From the NCBI GenBank assembly GCA_951406725.2, contig OX597818.1, positions 32,984,001 through 33,048,000 on the forward strand: a stretch of 64,000 nt of DNA, in the 5' to 3' direction. The notes under the pieces are model-generated. The model was given only the letters and a program-made list of their open reading frames with translations, was not told the DNA's origin and did no database searches. The position numbers and the translations under genes are program-made. This stretch comes from Octopus vulgaris. Lineage: Eukaryota. This document shows positions 14,850 to 29,226 of the stretch, in pieces (the stretch's first letter is position 1; each line of letters opens with the position of its first letter).

Positions 14850-15430
14850 AAATGAAAATAATATTTTAAATGTAGGTAAAATATATTGCCGTTCATAGAT
14901 AAGCATGTTGATATCCACCTTAAATACAGGGAAATTTTGAGAGATATTTTAAAGATTAGTTTTAGTTCTACACTTGGTTTTAAAAATATAATTGCACATA
15001 AGCGCACATCACCTAGAGAAAACTACTGTTCATTCAGAGACAGGGCTATGTGCCCACTAAATATGTTCTATAAGCACGGAGCCACTATATTTGAAGAGTC
15101 AGTCAAAAGGACAAAAGTTGATAGCACAATCTCTATCGAGAGATACATGGTCGTTGTAGTAGCTAACTACAAGACGAGATTTAATAACAACTCTTCCTCC
15201 TTTGTTATATTTGGCGCTTAAAAGAGAAATGCACCGGTTACACAATAAACTGAAAAATATTAACAAAGGGCAAACCCTATGCCAAATGCAACAGAAAGTG
15301 CGGGCTCAGCAATAAAGAAAGTTGGGTCATCCCGAATCGTTGATTGTACCCCAGCATATGCCTAAATACCAGAAGTGAAGACTTTAGTATCTGCCGATAT
15401 GCCACAAAGTATGTTCTGAAATTTTGTCTC
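14850..15430 (+). mobile_element. Decayed Penelope-like retroelement: RT-EN linker plus GIY-YIG endonuclease (Naiad-like)
   Basis: NVGK..FIDKH..KISFSS..KNIIAHK..YCSFRDRAMCPLN..TIFEESV..YKTRFNNNSSSF / YIWRLKEK..IN*KILTKGKPY..RKCGLSNKE..LNTRSE..ICRYATKYVL resembles the CxCR..CPL..YIG..FKTRYNNH..YIW.LK..CxLC..EK..LN.RSE..CRH pattern. Confidence 0.8.
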
Positions 15431-15635
15431 CCTCTCCAACGCAGCAAAAGACAGTATGGACATATTTTCTTTTAGGACTGGACGTGAACCTCTTTAAATC
15501 AGCTTATTATTTGTTGTATATTGTTATATATGATGTACTTTTACTTACTCTCACATATATTTCATTTTTCATAATCTCTTATTACTTTTGTTTTTGATAT
15601 CATGGCATATATATTCTTGTGGATGTGCGTGTGCG

Positions 15636-15780
<145 letters not shown>

Positions 15781-16744
15781 GTATGTGTGTGTGTGTATAC
15801 ATATATATGTATATATATATACATATATATACATATTTATATATATATATATATATACATATATATATACATATATACACACATATATATATATAGATAG
15901 ATAAATAGATAGATATAGCAGTAGGCGTGTATAAATATTTGTGTGATTATGTGTATGCAATGTGTATGTGTGCGTGTGGGTATGTATTATTCAGGTGTGC
16001 GTGTATGCTTCTTATTTTCTTAAAGAACATGTTGAATTTAACTTCAATTTATTTTTAATTCATTAATTTATAAAATTTTAATTTTGCAATTCTTCAATTT
16101 TTTAATTTTTCAATATTTTGGTTAAATTTTTCGATCTTTACTTTTATATTTCAGTGTTTAAATTCTCTTCATAACCTGTCGTTGCTCATTTTTATTTTCT
16201 CATCTCCATTTCACTTTCAAATTTAGTTCTATTTGTTTCTATTTCGTAACTCTTAAAATTTTCAACACCCTATTAATCGTTATTCAAAATTTAAAATTTT
16301 AATTCCCACTTGTTAATTACAATGTTAATTTCAATATTGATTTCAATTTTAACTTTTGAGTATCTTTGAACTTTTAACCATCAAATTTTCAGAGAAAAAT
16401 TTATTTTTTTCATATTATATTTTTAATGTTTAATTTTTGGATATCAAGGTTTATAAATTACTTTAACCAAAGTACCCATTTTTGCATGTTTTATTCTATT
16501 ATATATTTATTTATTATTGTGGGTTTTTGATAATATTATTTAAATTTTGAATTTAAAATTAACACATAATGATGTGTTCGTCAAGGTCTGACAATAAAAT
16601 CGAAAATAATTATCCCTTTTGTATGATTTAGTGTCCAGAGGAAACGTTTTCTCCGCACCGATGGTGCCAGAGTTTTCGCATTTGTTACCGGGTTTGCGAT
16701 AGCTGAATTACGTTGATCATTGCAACTCTGAAACCAAAATTTGT

Positions 16745-17076
16745 AGTAAAAGGGAAAACAATTATCAATAGGGCTCGTGCATCACAGAAATGTCATGATG
16801 TACAGTGTAAAGGGGGAAGCAGATAAGGTTTATCCGCGGAAAGAAAAGCCTACGGAAAAGACCACCGTAACCTCGGTCAATAATGTCACATGTTAACACA
16901 TTTGCTTGCAAGTAAGTAACCCTCTGTTTTAAATTTTTCCGGGTTCATAGGATTATGCTTAAGGTGGCTTCGTCATTCATACGTGCCATCCTTGCTACAT
17001 TCACCCATTTTTTTTTCAAAACTTGCCTCTCTACTCTCACTTTCCTTTTCAAGTGATACTTGAAGAAATTGATGAG

Positions 17077-17078
<2 letters not shown>
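16745..17078 (-). mobile_element. 3' end of an L1/Tx1-like LINE (ORF2 C-terminus plus 3' UTR) adjoining (GATA)n
   Basis: LINFFKYHLKRKVRVERQVLKKKWVNVARMARMNDEATLSIIL* followed by a UTR-like segment; clade assignment is inference. Confidence 0.55.
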
Positions 17079-17141
<63 letters not shown>

Positions 17142-18433
17142 TCCGTGTATGTATGTATGATTGATGTGATCGTGTGTATGTGAATGTATGTGCATGTGTG
17201 TTTTCCTTCATCTTTTCACCAAAGTGTATTTATGAACGATAGAAAGGACGTCGAACTGGTGTTAACACTAAACTACATTCAATTTTTATATCTATGATGT
17301 AAAAATAAAACTGTTGATTTGACTCTGCAAGCCACAGGGAAAAGTACTGAGTAGAGAAATAGATTTAAGGCTGTAAATTGATATTACCTTACAAATTTTT
17401 ATGGGTGAGATCTTTATCTGACTCCAGTTGTAGATCTTGCAGTATTATACAATGGTTGAAAGTACATTTGCATATCAGTTTGTCGTCATGGAGTATGCAT
17501 CTCACGCTCAAGGTTGTGTCAGTGGGTGATTTCCTGTTTGCGTTGTAGCGCTGTGGATTTTGCTATGTGTACAGATGATACGTAACTGCATGCGAAATAG
17601 TTTTCGGTGTTCTACTTTGTGATGCTGTTGAAGGACATAATTAGGAACAGAGACACCTCCACTGGCTTAGCTATGTTAAATTTATCCGTAGGGAAGTATA
17701 TTAGCAGAGGTAAGTTCAAATCCCCCAGCAGCGTTTAGAGTAATTAGCCCTACTAAAACGACATGCCCTACATACACTGCATGAAGACAATATCTTCATA
17801 TATATAATCCCAAACGACCCTGTTGGTTAAGTGAATTACCAGCAGCAAGGCCGAATATAACACAGAAAACAAATACAGCTTGACATCATCATTAGAAAAT
17901 AAATAAAATACATAACACCATGTTAAAGCAGTGGTAGAGGTCTGGGAACTACATCCTGTTGAAAACTTTTCGTATAATGGGCGCAGGACTGTCTGTGTCA
18001 TAAGAAGCTTGCTTCCCAACCACATGTTAACGGGTTTTTCGGGCCACCCAAGATTTTGTGAGTGGGGATATGTTAGACGGAAAAGCTTGTCGTGTATCTA
18101 TATCTATCTATATACATGTGTGTGTGAGCGCGCGTGCGTGTATGCGTATATGTGTATATGTGTGTGTAAATGTATATTGAAGCAATGCAGGCGCGCTGTT
18201 GACAATTCCAATTAAGATGAACTTGTGCAGTCCAGTGTTCTAGCTTTGTTTCGATCATGCGACAGTTATCTACCCTGTCGCTATATATAAATGTACTGTT
18301 ACATAGCTATAGGTGGTTTAGTACTGGCAATACATCTGCTTGTAGCATATTCAATCACAATTAGTGACGACTAAAATTTACCTGTACGGTTTATATTATC
18401 CAATGTTGCGCACATTAGTTTTATACTATGCTA

Positions 18434-18494
<61 letters not shown>

Positions 18495-18496
<2 letters not shown>

Positions 18497-18700
18497 TTCT
18501 ATTTTCTCTTTTATTTGTTTCAGTCTTTTGACTGCGGCCATGCTGGTGTACCGCCTTTAGTCGAACGAATTGACCATAGGACTTATTCTTTGTAAGGATA
18601 TTAATTCTATTGGTCACTTTTTGCTGAACCCCTATGTTACGGGGACGTAAACACACCGTCATCCATTGTTGAGCGATGGTGGGGGGACAAACACAGACAC

Positions 18701-18770
<70 letters not shown>

Positions 18771-18933
18771 GACGGGCTTCTTTCAATTTCCGTCTACCAA
18801 ATTTACTCACAAGGCTTTGATTGAACCGAGGCTATAGTTGAAGATACTTGCCCAAGGCGCCACGCAGTGGAACTGAACCTGGAAGTATGTGGTTGGTAAG
18901 CAAGCTACTTATCACACTGCCACTCCTGGGCCT
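18495..18933 (-). mobile_element. Family B SINE with internal (TA)n
   Basis: Reverse complement of the family-B consensus seen at 23334-23725. Confidence 0.85.
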
Positions 18934-18951
18934 ATATATATATATATATAT

Positions 18952-19179
18952 AAGGCGGCGAGCTGGCAGAAACGTTAGCACGCCGGGCGACCTGCGTAGC
19001 CGTATTTCGTCTGTCGTTACGTTCCGAGTTCAAATTCCGCCGAGGTCGACTTTGCCTTTCATCCTTTCGGGGTCGATAAATTAAGTACCAGTTACGCACT
19101 GGGGTCGATGTAATCGACTTAATCCCTTTGTCTGTCCTTGTTTGTCCCCTCTGTGTTTAGCCCCTTTTGGGTAGTAAAG

Positions 19180-19184
<5 letters not shown>
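18952..19184 (+). mobile_element. Family A (Meta-like) SINE, full length, inserted in (TA)n
   Basis: aaggcggcgagctggcagaaacgttagc..gagttcaaattcc..gcctttcatcctttcggggtcgataaattaagtaccag..gtagtaaagaaata. Confidence 0.9.
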
Positions 19185-19228
<44 letters not shown>

Positions 19229-19884
19229 AGTGAATGTATATGTCTCTGTGCATATCTGTGTGTGTTTGTATATGTCCCCATTATGTACCATTTTTTTTTC
19301 TTTGCTTCCCCATTACTTCACAATCCGACAATAAAACAGATACTGTAAGTACCAGGCTAAAAAGATACTGCTGTCGATTTCCTCGGTTAAACGTTAGAAA
19401 GCGGTGCACCATCATGGCTGCAGTCCAATGACTAAAACAAACCAGACATAAATGAAAAATAATGAGTAAAATGAACTGACAACCAAATGCCCTACCTCAT
19501 AAAAAATGATGGAACGCTTACATAAGTAAATAAAACTGGCATCCCAGTAGAGAATATCATTTGATATTGAAGCGGGGAAAAATAGCATGTGGAAAATGGA
19601 AGTAGATTAAAGATTCTGTACAATGTATGGCAGGATATGTTTCTGGCTTCATATATTAGAATCTTGGAGATAATTTCTAGACATTTACAAATCCTAAGTG
19701 GTAAGGACTTATACTGCTGTCGCTGCTGGTATCTGAAAACAAACTTACAAAACCTAAAATAAATGAAAAAAGATATATATATAATGTATATATATACAAT
19801 ATATGTATATATATATAATATAATATATATATATAGCATATATATATATATATGTGTATTTTTGTTTGTATATATATATATATT

Positions 19885-19957
<73 letters not shown>

Positions 19958-20453
19958 ATACATATATATATATGATGATGATGATGTATTCCCTTGTATA
20001 TGTAGGATTTGTGAAGGAAGACACAATGTAGCTGCAAATCCGTCTGACATAGTCGTTAAAGATCAAAACAGCATGACGTGTACCTTGATTGATATGTCAT
20101 GATCAACAGCGAGAAATTTTGGAAATGAAATATAAGCTACAAGTTCCTCACAGATATATATATACACATATACCTGCATATATATACGTACATACGTACA
20201 TATATATATATATATACATGAGGCATAAAAAATACGAAAAAATCTTTATGAGCCATGAAACCAACAGCCGTGAACACAATAATTGTGCCCTTGGCTGTGT
20301 TGAAAGAAGAAAGTACTAAAATAATAACATATTTCCCAGGCAATCTAACACTGCAATAACTTCAGAGATGTGAGCTTTCTTCTTCATGATAATGTTCGCC
20401 ATTTAAAAAAAAAATCGGAAAAAGGGGTTCCTACAACGTTTTGTAATAACACA

Positions 20454-20549
<96 letters not shown>

Positions 20550-20568
20550 TGTATGTATGTATGTAAGG

Positions 20569-20639
<71 letters not shown>

Positions 20640-21131
20640 CAAATATGCTATATATACGTACATATATCTTTCAGGTAAAGCCAATGTTTCGTTTTGGCAG
20701 TATCGTATATATAACAAAAAGTATGTCATATACTACTACTACTACTACTACTACTACGATTACGACCATCACCACCACCACTACTACTACTTGTTCTTCA
20801 TTCAGCCGCTAGTGATGTTTGTTCCACAAATACTGCAGATTGTTGTTACTGTTTATTACACGGTATCAATCCTGGGTGGAAATGCCTCTCTCTGAAGAAC
20901 ATTCAGTCATGACAGTTCCGCCGGTTTGTATCAAAAATTTCACTGTATAATATATTTCCTTCGTTTTTTTTCTTGAGATAGTAGATTATAGTTTCATTAG
21001 AATTTGAGTTTTGTTTCTAGATGTCCAGTGAACTGCTTAGGTGTTCCCTCATCGGGTGAATATTGCAGGTAATAATATATGGATGTGTGGTGATAGAATG
21101 TAGTTATATGTTGATATGCATAAAAGATAAA

Positions 21132-21464
21132 ACCCCGATCGCTCATCAATGACCATCGGATTGCACCCATAAAGTTCCCCTCCATGGCACACGTCTGGGC
21201 AAGGTTGTTTTTGGAAGACGAACTATTGCCCTTGCATACCAGTCTCCTCTCTCTGTGCCTCTAATGTTTATCCAAGGGAAAGGCAAAGGCCGATTCAGCT
21301 TAGCTCCAGTGACATCGTGACTCATTTCTACAGCTGAATGAACTGGAGTAGCGTGAAATAAATTGTCTTGCTCAAGAACACAACACATATCCTGGTCCGG
21401 GAATTAAAATCACTATTTGATGATTGTGAACCCGACGCTCTAAACACTGAGACATGCTCCTTCA
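21132..21464 (-). mobile_element. Family C SINE, diverged
   Basis: Homologous to 46791-47104. Confidence 0.8.
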
Positions 21465-22526
21465 CATGTTGATATGAATGAGTATGATAATGGTGATAGC
21501 GTGGACGACTATAAGGAATAACGTGGACGGCTACGATGACAGCATCTAGGACATTGGCGTTGCTGGAGATATGCTTGAGGGATAAACATTTTGTTGCTAA
21601 ATTCAATGCACCAAAACTTTTGCGAGCCCCAGCCATGATTTAAAAGCTGTCGTCTGCTACAATAGACTAAATTTTGTAAAAACCATTTCTACTATGATTT
21701 TTATAAGGAAAGTTTTGCTTAACTTCAAATCACGCTTTGAATTTTCTTTATAATTAAAAGAAGACATATTGAATAATGTTGTAGGGTATAGTTTAGTTGG
21801 GTATGGAAACATTTGATGGTCCCAGATAGAATGCCTCTGATCAGAGATCGGCTCGACCAGAAAGAATTTAGGATTTAAGAGCCGCAACACCTGAATATCA
21901 TCGTTTCTTAATGGTAAGTACGATATTAGTTAGGCGTTCATATAATCAGATACCTATCTTTAATTGATTTTTCTTTAAAAACCATTGAAGCTATAGCAAA
22001 ATAGACTTGTCTACGATGTCAAACAACAGCATCTTAGTTTGGATCTCAGAATTACAAAGCCAACATTTTTACCTCTCCGCTTTTCTTTCGTCTATATTTC
22101 CAATATACATAAGATATCATATAAAATAAAAATAAAAATAAGAGAATGGACACGCATAAAATAATGTCTCCTATCGTAAAGAAAAATTACTGTTTATCCA
22201 AGATACTGACTATAGAGCTGTAGCAAAATATGAAAGAAGCTATTAACAGCGATGAATGTAAGAAACCATATAACGATAACATGATAGGTTCTCAGATACA
22301 CACACGCGAATGCACAAACACAAGAACATAGAGTTAACGTACGCCTCTTGACTACATGCGGGTGAATGTCTGTGTTTGCATATGTATGTGTGTGTATATA
22401 TATATATAAATATATACATACATTCATGCATATATATATATATGTGTGTGTGTGTGTGTACGTAGCTGAACATATATATATATATATTGAGAGGTAGACA
22501 GATAGATAGATATACATACATACATG

Positions 22527-22657
<131 letters not shown>

Positions 22658-23333
22658 ATACATGCTTACGCTCACATATATGTTTTCCTATATATCTTTA
22701 GCCATACCTGCTTGCATTCATTCAGAGCTCCCCATACATCAAAAGACAAACGAAATAAATAAAATTTGAATGAGAGAACAAGAAGAAAAAAAAGAAGTCT
22801 TCAAGATCAAAACGGTTCAAGGATTATTGCTTATGAAAAGACACCACCTTCTTTTGAAATCTTTACAATTAAGCAACGTTTTAAAGAACCCTTATAACAA
22901 CACTAACAGAACATTTCTGAAAGGAATGTCTTTCTTATTTTCTTGTTTAATATTGTTTCCATTATGCAAACATCATTGCTATTTCACGCTACACTGAAGC
23001 CTCTTTCTGATTTCATTATGTGAATCACAGTTTCAGACAAAAACCCTTTCTGCTTTTTCTTCTTCTCACGCATGTAACTGATCTCAGCTCTGCAGTCTAA
23101 CGAGAGAGTTAAAGAGAGACAGAGAAAGAGAGAGAAAGGGAGAGAGAGAGAGAGAGAAAGGGAGAGAGAGAGAGAGAGAAAGAAAAAAGGGAGAAGGGCA
23201 GAGCCTCTAAGCGATCTTTTATTCTGCAAGAAACAGCAGCCAAATTCTTTTGAATCACGCACTTATAGCTTATCAAGTGGCAGAAAAAAGAATAGGTATT
23301 GATATGACTTAGATTAGGATAGAAATTGATCAT

Positions 23334-23725
23334 AGGCGCAGGAGTGGCTGCGTGGTAAGTAGCTTGCTTACCAACCACATGATCCCGGGTTCAGTCTCAC
23401 TGCAAGTGCCTTCTACTATAGCCTCGGGCCGATCAAAGCCTTGTGAGAGGATTTGGTAGACGGGAACTGAAAGAAGCCCATCGTATATTTGTTTGCGTGT
23501 GTGTGCGTGTGTGTATGTGTGCGTGTGTTTGTGTGTCTGTGTTTGTCCCCCACCATCCACCATCGCTTGACAACCGATGTTGGTGTGTTTACGTGCGGTT
23601 TGCAAAAAGACCGATAGAATAAGTACTAGGTTTACAAAGAATAAGTCCTGGTGACGATTTGGTTGACTAAAAGCGGTGCTCCAGCATGGCTGTAGTCAAA
23701 TATCTGAAACAAATATAAGAGAAAA
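23334..23725 (+). mobile_element. Family B SINE
   Basis: Head, CORE-like block, (TG) tract, tail ..gcggtgctccagcatggc..tgaaacaa. Confidence 0.85.
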
Positions 23726-23889
23726 AGACTATAAAACCAGAGCTGAACTAGGGTTCGAGATTAATCGTTATAGTAGGAGCACAGTGGTAACAACAATAAC
23801 AACTAATAAATTCAACAATAGCTATCACCACAAGAAAATAGAATGGAGTTTGTTTCAGCTCTTAGAGTTCTATCCCTAACCAAGCTGCG

Positions 23890-24075
23890 TAGTAAAATGC
23901 TTAGTGGTATTTCGTCTGCCGTTACGTTCTGAGTTCAAATTCCGCCGAGGTCGACTTTGCCTTTCATCCTTTCGGGGTCGATAAATTAAGTATCAGTTGC
24001 GTACTGGGGTCGATCAAATCAACTGGCCCCTTCCCCCAAAATTTCGTGCTTTGTGCCTAGAGTAGAAACGAATAT
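23890..24075 (+). mobile_element. Family A SINE, 5'-truncated, alternative tail
   Basis: Meta-like core plus ccccaaaatttcgtgctttgtgcctagagtagaaa tail. Confidence 0.8.
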
Positions 24076-26236
24076 CACTGTTGGTGTTGTGATTGTGGCT
24101 AATATGTACCATATCACAATAACTGTTTCTGAAACGTTTCAATAAATTTTCGAATAGAAGTCAAATAAAAATTTGTAGAGATGCAGTTATCACTCTATAC
24201 CACCCCGTTGTCCATAGTAGCCAGATAAACTTTTCTCGCGTCTTTCAGGGGACAGTATTGCACCGAATTATAGGAATATATATCTACTTCTGTACTCAAC
24301 CGATTGACCTTATTTAAATGAAAAGCAGAGTAAATTTCAGAACCTAAAAGGCCGAAAGCAAATGTCTGAAAGCATTTTATCCGGTATCTCAAAAATGTTG
24401 CTAATCCAGCGAAACAACTAAAACAATACAAGTTCATGTCTTGTGTATTATTCATCTCTACTGTAGTGAAAAAAGAAAAGGCAGTAGTTTCTGGTGTTAT
24501 CAGAACAAAGAAAAAATGTGTAGTAAAGCTAAATGCGAACGAAAGAACAGAAACCCTTCGTCTGACAGTGTATTTTTTCCGCCTTAAATAGCTCTTTTCT
24601 CACTAGTTAGCCAATTCTTGTAAATCATGTGACTGTAGTTAGTTGCATCGATCTCGCTGTTCAACAGATATCCATTTAATTAGCTGTCGTAAAGCATCTA
24701 ACCGCACACTCTATAACTTGCGCCGTTTTCACCGCCATATTAGCAACAATAATCATTGATATTTAATTCTCCCTATGCTATAACATTTCCTTGTAATTTC
24801 TTCGTTTAATCTGTATCTTAATAACCTTTTCGTGACACACCTGAGCAGCTAACAAACATAGATAACTAACAATGTGAATTCCTAATAAGGATCTCGCTCG
24901 TTTTTATATTCGGTTTCTCAAATTACAATCAATGATCTTTTTATTGAATGTAACAATAAACAGAAATGAGGAAAACATCGGAAGTGGTGGTTGGTGAAAC
25001 AGTATTGCAAACACACAAACAAATAAAACCGTAGGAAACAATAGCTGGAAATAAACTGTCGTTTATTTATTCAAAAAGACGTTCGCATTAATCGTCTCTA
25101 CTTTAATAACAGAACACCTGCTCTCCACCGAATAGCTGCAAGATATCTATTAATATCATTAACGGCAGCAATCTCGTATCAACATGCGCGGGTGCGCAAC
25201 AAACATATGCGCTCACACAGACACTCATATACACTGATATACTGATATACTGATATTCATATGTAGATAATATTAAAATTATGATTATTTACACATATAT
25301 GGATATACGTTTCAGTTTGATATTCTGAAATTGATATTCATAACGCTAGATATCACATCTTTTGTTCGATCTCTCTCTCTCTTTTCTACGTCTCTCTCCC
25401 AACGCACACATGTGTATATGTTTGTGCGTGAGAGAGAGGGGGAGAGAAAGGGAGAGTTGAGAGAGGGGGGTGGGGTAAATAGAGCGAAAGAGAAAATAGG
25501 AGTGCATGTATGTATTTATAATCTTTATAGGTGTGAGGCAGGAGGCGGATTAATGCGCATGTTCAAACAACTTATACCGATATGGTTGAAGTTCACCTTT
25601 AAAGCCTGTAAATGGACGACAGATGAATGTGTGTAAAAATATATCCACCACCTACAGTCTGCTTAAGCAGTTTAATATCAATATCTAAAGTGAATTTAAG
25701 TCACATACTTACTTAAGTGGTTATATCTCTGTTTATTCTCATTTGTTACGTGCTTCATAAAATATTTTGTTAAATTTACTCTAAAAATAAAATGCTTCTA
25801 TGTAACTTAGTATTTGGGGGGGGGGCAAGTCAGCAAATAGGAGCCTATCTTGATTTGAATGTTACTGAGATGAGACATGATCATAAGAACAATAAGAACT
25901 TATGTTTATTCGTAATACTGATGGATTGACTTAGCACAAGTGATGATTTGTGTGTGACTTAGTTCAGCATTATAATCTAATATAATGAAGCATGGTCATA
26001 AGTATTATCTTAAGTCATATCTATTCTTAGTAAGTTCTAGTAAACTGATACATTCTCTTAGCACAGGTTATGGTATTTTTGTAGTTTAAGTTCAATAAAC
26101 ACTGACAGGTCACATCTATAGTCAAACGCATTCCAGCTGTCTTATTGTTTTAATTTAACTATTTTTATTTTCGGGGTCCTTGGTATCCAGCTGGTCTTCG
26201 TATAATCATTTCAAGATATTATTCATATATATATAT

Positions 26237-26455
26237 AAGGCGATGAGCTGGCAGAACCGTTCGCATGCCGGGCAAAATGCTTAGCGGCATTTCGTCCGTC
26301 CTTATGTCTTGAGTACAAATTCCGCCGAGGTCGACTTAGCGTTTCATCTTTTCAAAGTGGATTTAATAAGTACCAGTTAAATAGTAGGGTTGATGTAATC
26401 TACTTGCCTCCTCCCCCGAAATTACTGACCTCGTACCAAAATTTGAAAACAATAT
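26237..26455 (+). mobile_element. Family A SINE, older copy
   Basis: Head and Meta-like core. Confidence 0.8.
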
Positions 26456-26636
26456 TACTCATACATGTGTTGCTGTTGTTGCTTGGATCGAAATCAGCTC
26501 ACTCGGTCTGTCTAATGTTATAATTAAAAGCTTTCAATCCGCGATCATTTCATCATTTTCCAAGGTACAACTATGCACAATCGTATTATCCAGTACAAGC
26601 TTCTTCCCTAAAACAATATACATAGCCATTTTTATA

Positions 26637-26870
26637 TATTTCTTTATTGCCCACAAGGGGCTCAACATAGAGGGGACAAACAAGGACAGATAAAGGGATT
26701 AAGTCAATTACATCGATCCCAGTGCGAAACTGGTACTTTATTTATCGACCACTGAAAGGATGAAAGGCAAAGTCGACCTCAACGGAATTTGAACTCAGAA
26801 CGTAACGACAGAGGAAACACTGCTAAGCATTCCACCCGGCGCGCTAACGTTTCTGCCAGATCGCCGCCTT
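26637..26870 (-). mobile_element. Family A SINE
   Basis: Reverse complement of 18952-19184. Confidence 0.85.
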
Positions 26871-27395
26871 GACATAGACATATATTATAATGTATGCATA
26901 CAATGTAACGTTTTACAGATACAGAATTTGAAACTGTATTTTAAAGGTAAATATTTGAAGTCGGCAGGCATGATGGTCATTGTATATTTATACCGAAAAC
27001 TACAATCTATGTACCTAGCAACCGCACATCTAAGATATAATGTTACGATAAACTGACACATTATAAGGGATTATATTTATCTCGTACAAAATACCGGGGA
27101 TTATAATATAATCACCGGCTTTGGAGACGGTTGGGACTAAATACTCTTTTAAGACGTTTATAATCTTGATGTATTTTGTTTAGTATCAATGGTATTTATT
27201 AGAGGAGAAATCGGTCGTCTGAATATCCCCCAATATATTACTGGAATTTATTTCGTCAAGCTGAGCTAAATGAAGACTGAGTCTTTGAGTCTTATACAAT
27301 TTGAACCCAATTCTGCAGCTCTTTGTAACTACGCATCGTATTTTAAATTCTAAGTATAAAAATATCTCCATGATTTTACATATAGTTAATTTAAT

Positions 27396-27559
27396 TCTTT
27401 ATAGCCCACAAAATGCTAAACATAGAGGGGACAAACAATGACAGACAAAGGGACTAAGTCGATTACATCGACCTCAGTGCGTAACTCATACTTATTTAAT
27501 CGACCCCGAAAGGATGAAATGCAAAGTCGACCTCGGCGGAATTTGAACTCAGAACGTAG
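27396..27559 (-). mobile_element. Family A SINE, truncated
   Basis: Tail and core only. Confidence 0.8.
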
Positions 27560-28150
27560 CACTTTACAAGTAGTTAATGTTATCGTAACTGTAGTGAATG
27601 GCGCCAATGTGTAGCAGACGAAAGACTGGAAAATTCCACTTAAGTTTTTTGACTGATCAGGTTAACTTGAACTCATTGTATCTAGTTGAGTCAAATGTAG
27701 CTCACCTCCAGTTTTATTATATCAACATTTGTTTCTTGCCTACTGTTACCAGTATTTACTCTGTGGCAAAAATTCGAACACCCTCCCACGCTCAAATCTC
27801 TTTTTTCCTTCTTATATTGATCGGAAGATGTTCAGGCTGGTTACTGAAGCCACTGACAGCATCAATTGCAGTAAACAAGGAAGCCGGCAAAGGTCAGAGT
27901 CACATTTTCACCCGTGATAAACTTAAAGATTTAAAAATCATTAATCATGAATATTGATTCAATTTAAGTGAATTTAAACTTTCTATTCCTACATACGTCT
28001 TTCCATAGAGAAAAGAAACCTAAAGTTTTGACATCCTTATTCCGATTTTTCAATAATTCTGATATTGGCTGGTTAAATATAAACTTTTCCATCAAGTATG
28101 ATAAACATTTATAGTGTACTGTTGTCTTAGTTGTTAATATACTTAAAACC

Positions 28151-28367
28151 GGGCAGTGAGCTGGCAGAATCTTTACCATGCTGAGCGAAATGCTTAGCAG
28201 TATTTCGTCCCTCTTTACATTTTAAGTTCAAATTCCGCCGAGGCCGACTTTGCTTTTCAACCTTTCAGGACCGATAAAATAAGTGCCAGTTGAACACTGG
28301 GGATAAAGAAATAGACTTAAACCCTTCTTCAAACTTGCTGGCCTTGTGCCAAAACTTGAAACCAATA
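28151..28367 (+). mobile_element. Family A SINE, older copy; tatacttaaaac TSD-like flanks
   Basis: Head and core; repeated 12-mer near 28138 and 28371. Confidence 0.8.
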
Positions 28368-28647
28368 TTTTATACTTAAAACAATATGTACCACACGATA
28401 CAATTTCTATAAGAGTAAACTACGTTTAATAGAGCGATTAGCTATTTACTGAAGATGAAAAGAGATAAAGAAAAAATATCATTTCGACTTCATGTGTCAG
28501 TTCTGTTTAATTAATGAGATCTTAGTATCTCTGCCTGAATGTCGATAGCATGAAGTTCAGCTGACAGGATTATATTCGGAAATCATGCTCAAATGACACC
28601 GCTATGCATAATGTCTTCAGAGCTGGCAATGAGTCGAACTTGGTAGT

Positions 28648-29226
28648 TATTTCTTTATTGCCCACAGGGGGCTAAACTTAAAGGGGACAATCAAGGACAG
28701 ACAAACGGATTAAGTTCATTACATCGACCCCAGTGCGTAATCGACCCCACGAGGGTGAAAGGCAAAGTCGACCTCGGCGAAATTTCAACCAAGAACGTAA
28801 CGGCAGACGCAATACCTATTTCTGTACTACCCACAAGGGGCTGAACACAGAGAGGACAAACAAGGACAGACAAACGGATAAGTCGATTATATCAACTCCA
28901 GTGAGTAACTGATACTTATTTAATCGACCCCGAAAGGATAAAAGGCAAAGTCGACCTCGGCGGAATTTGAACTCATAACGTAGCGGCAGACGATATACCT
29001 ATTTCTTTACTGCCCACAAGGGGCTAAACACAGAGGGAACAAACAAGGACAGACAAACGGATTAAGTCGATTATATCGACCCTAGTGCGTAACTGGTACT
29101 TAATTAATTGACCTCGAAAGGATGAAAGGCAAAGTCGAACTCTGCGGAATTTGAACACAGAACGTAACGGCAGACGAAATACGGCCACGCATTTCGCCCA
29201 GCGTGCTAACGTTTCTGCCAGCTCGT
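28648..29226 (-). mobile_element. Family A SINE trimer (one head, three bodies) inside one 14-bp TSD
   Basis: TSD agtcgaacttggta at 28632-28645 and 29233-29246; units joined at aaatag|gtatt(t)cgtctgcc. Confidence 0.85.

Noticed and set aside
13938-14918. Longest ORF (326 aa)
   Set aside because: It reads through (TA)n and two SINEs; an artefact.
15200-15430. In-frame TGA codons in the Penelope-like relic as selenocysteine
   Set aside because: The TGAs fall at a Trp-like position (IN*K) and a non-conserved position, not at conserved Cys sites; no SECIS was recognised and the copy is frameshifted.
21005-21065. Minus-strand ccgatga-ggg-aaca-cct as a hammerhead
   Set aside because: No GAAA, stem III or stem I at the right spacing.
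27598-27957. 119-aa non-repetitive ORF
   Set aside because: No recognisable domain or splice support; the length is compatible with chance.
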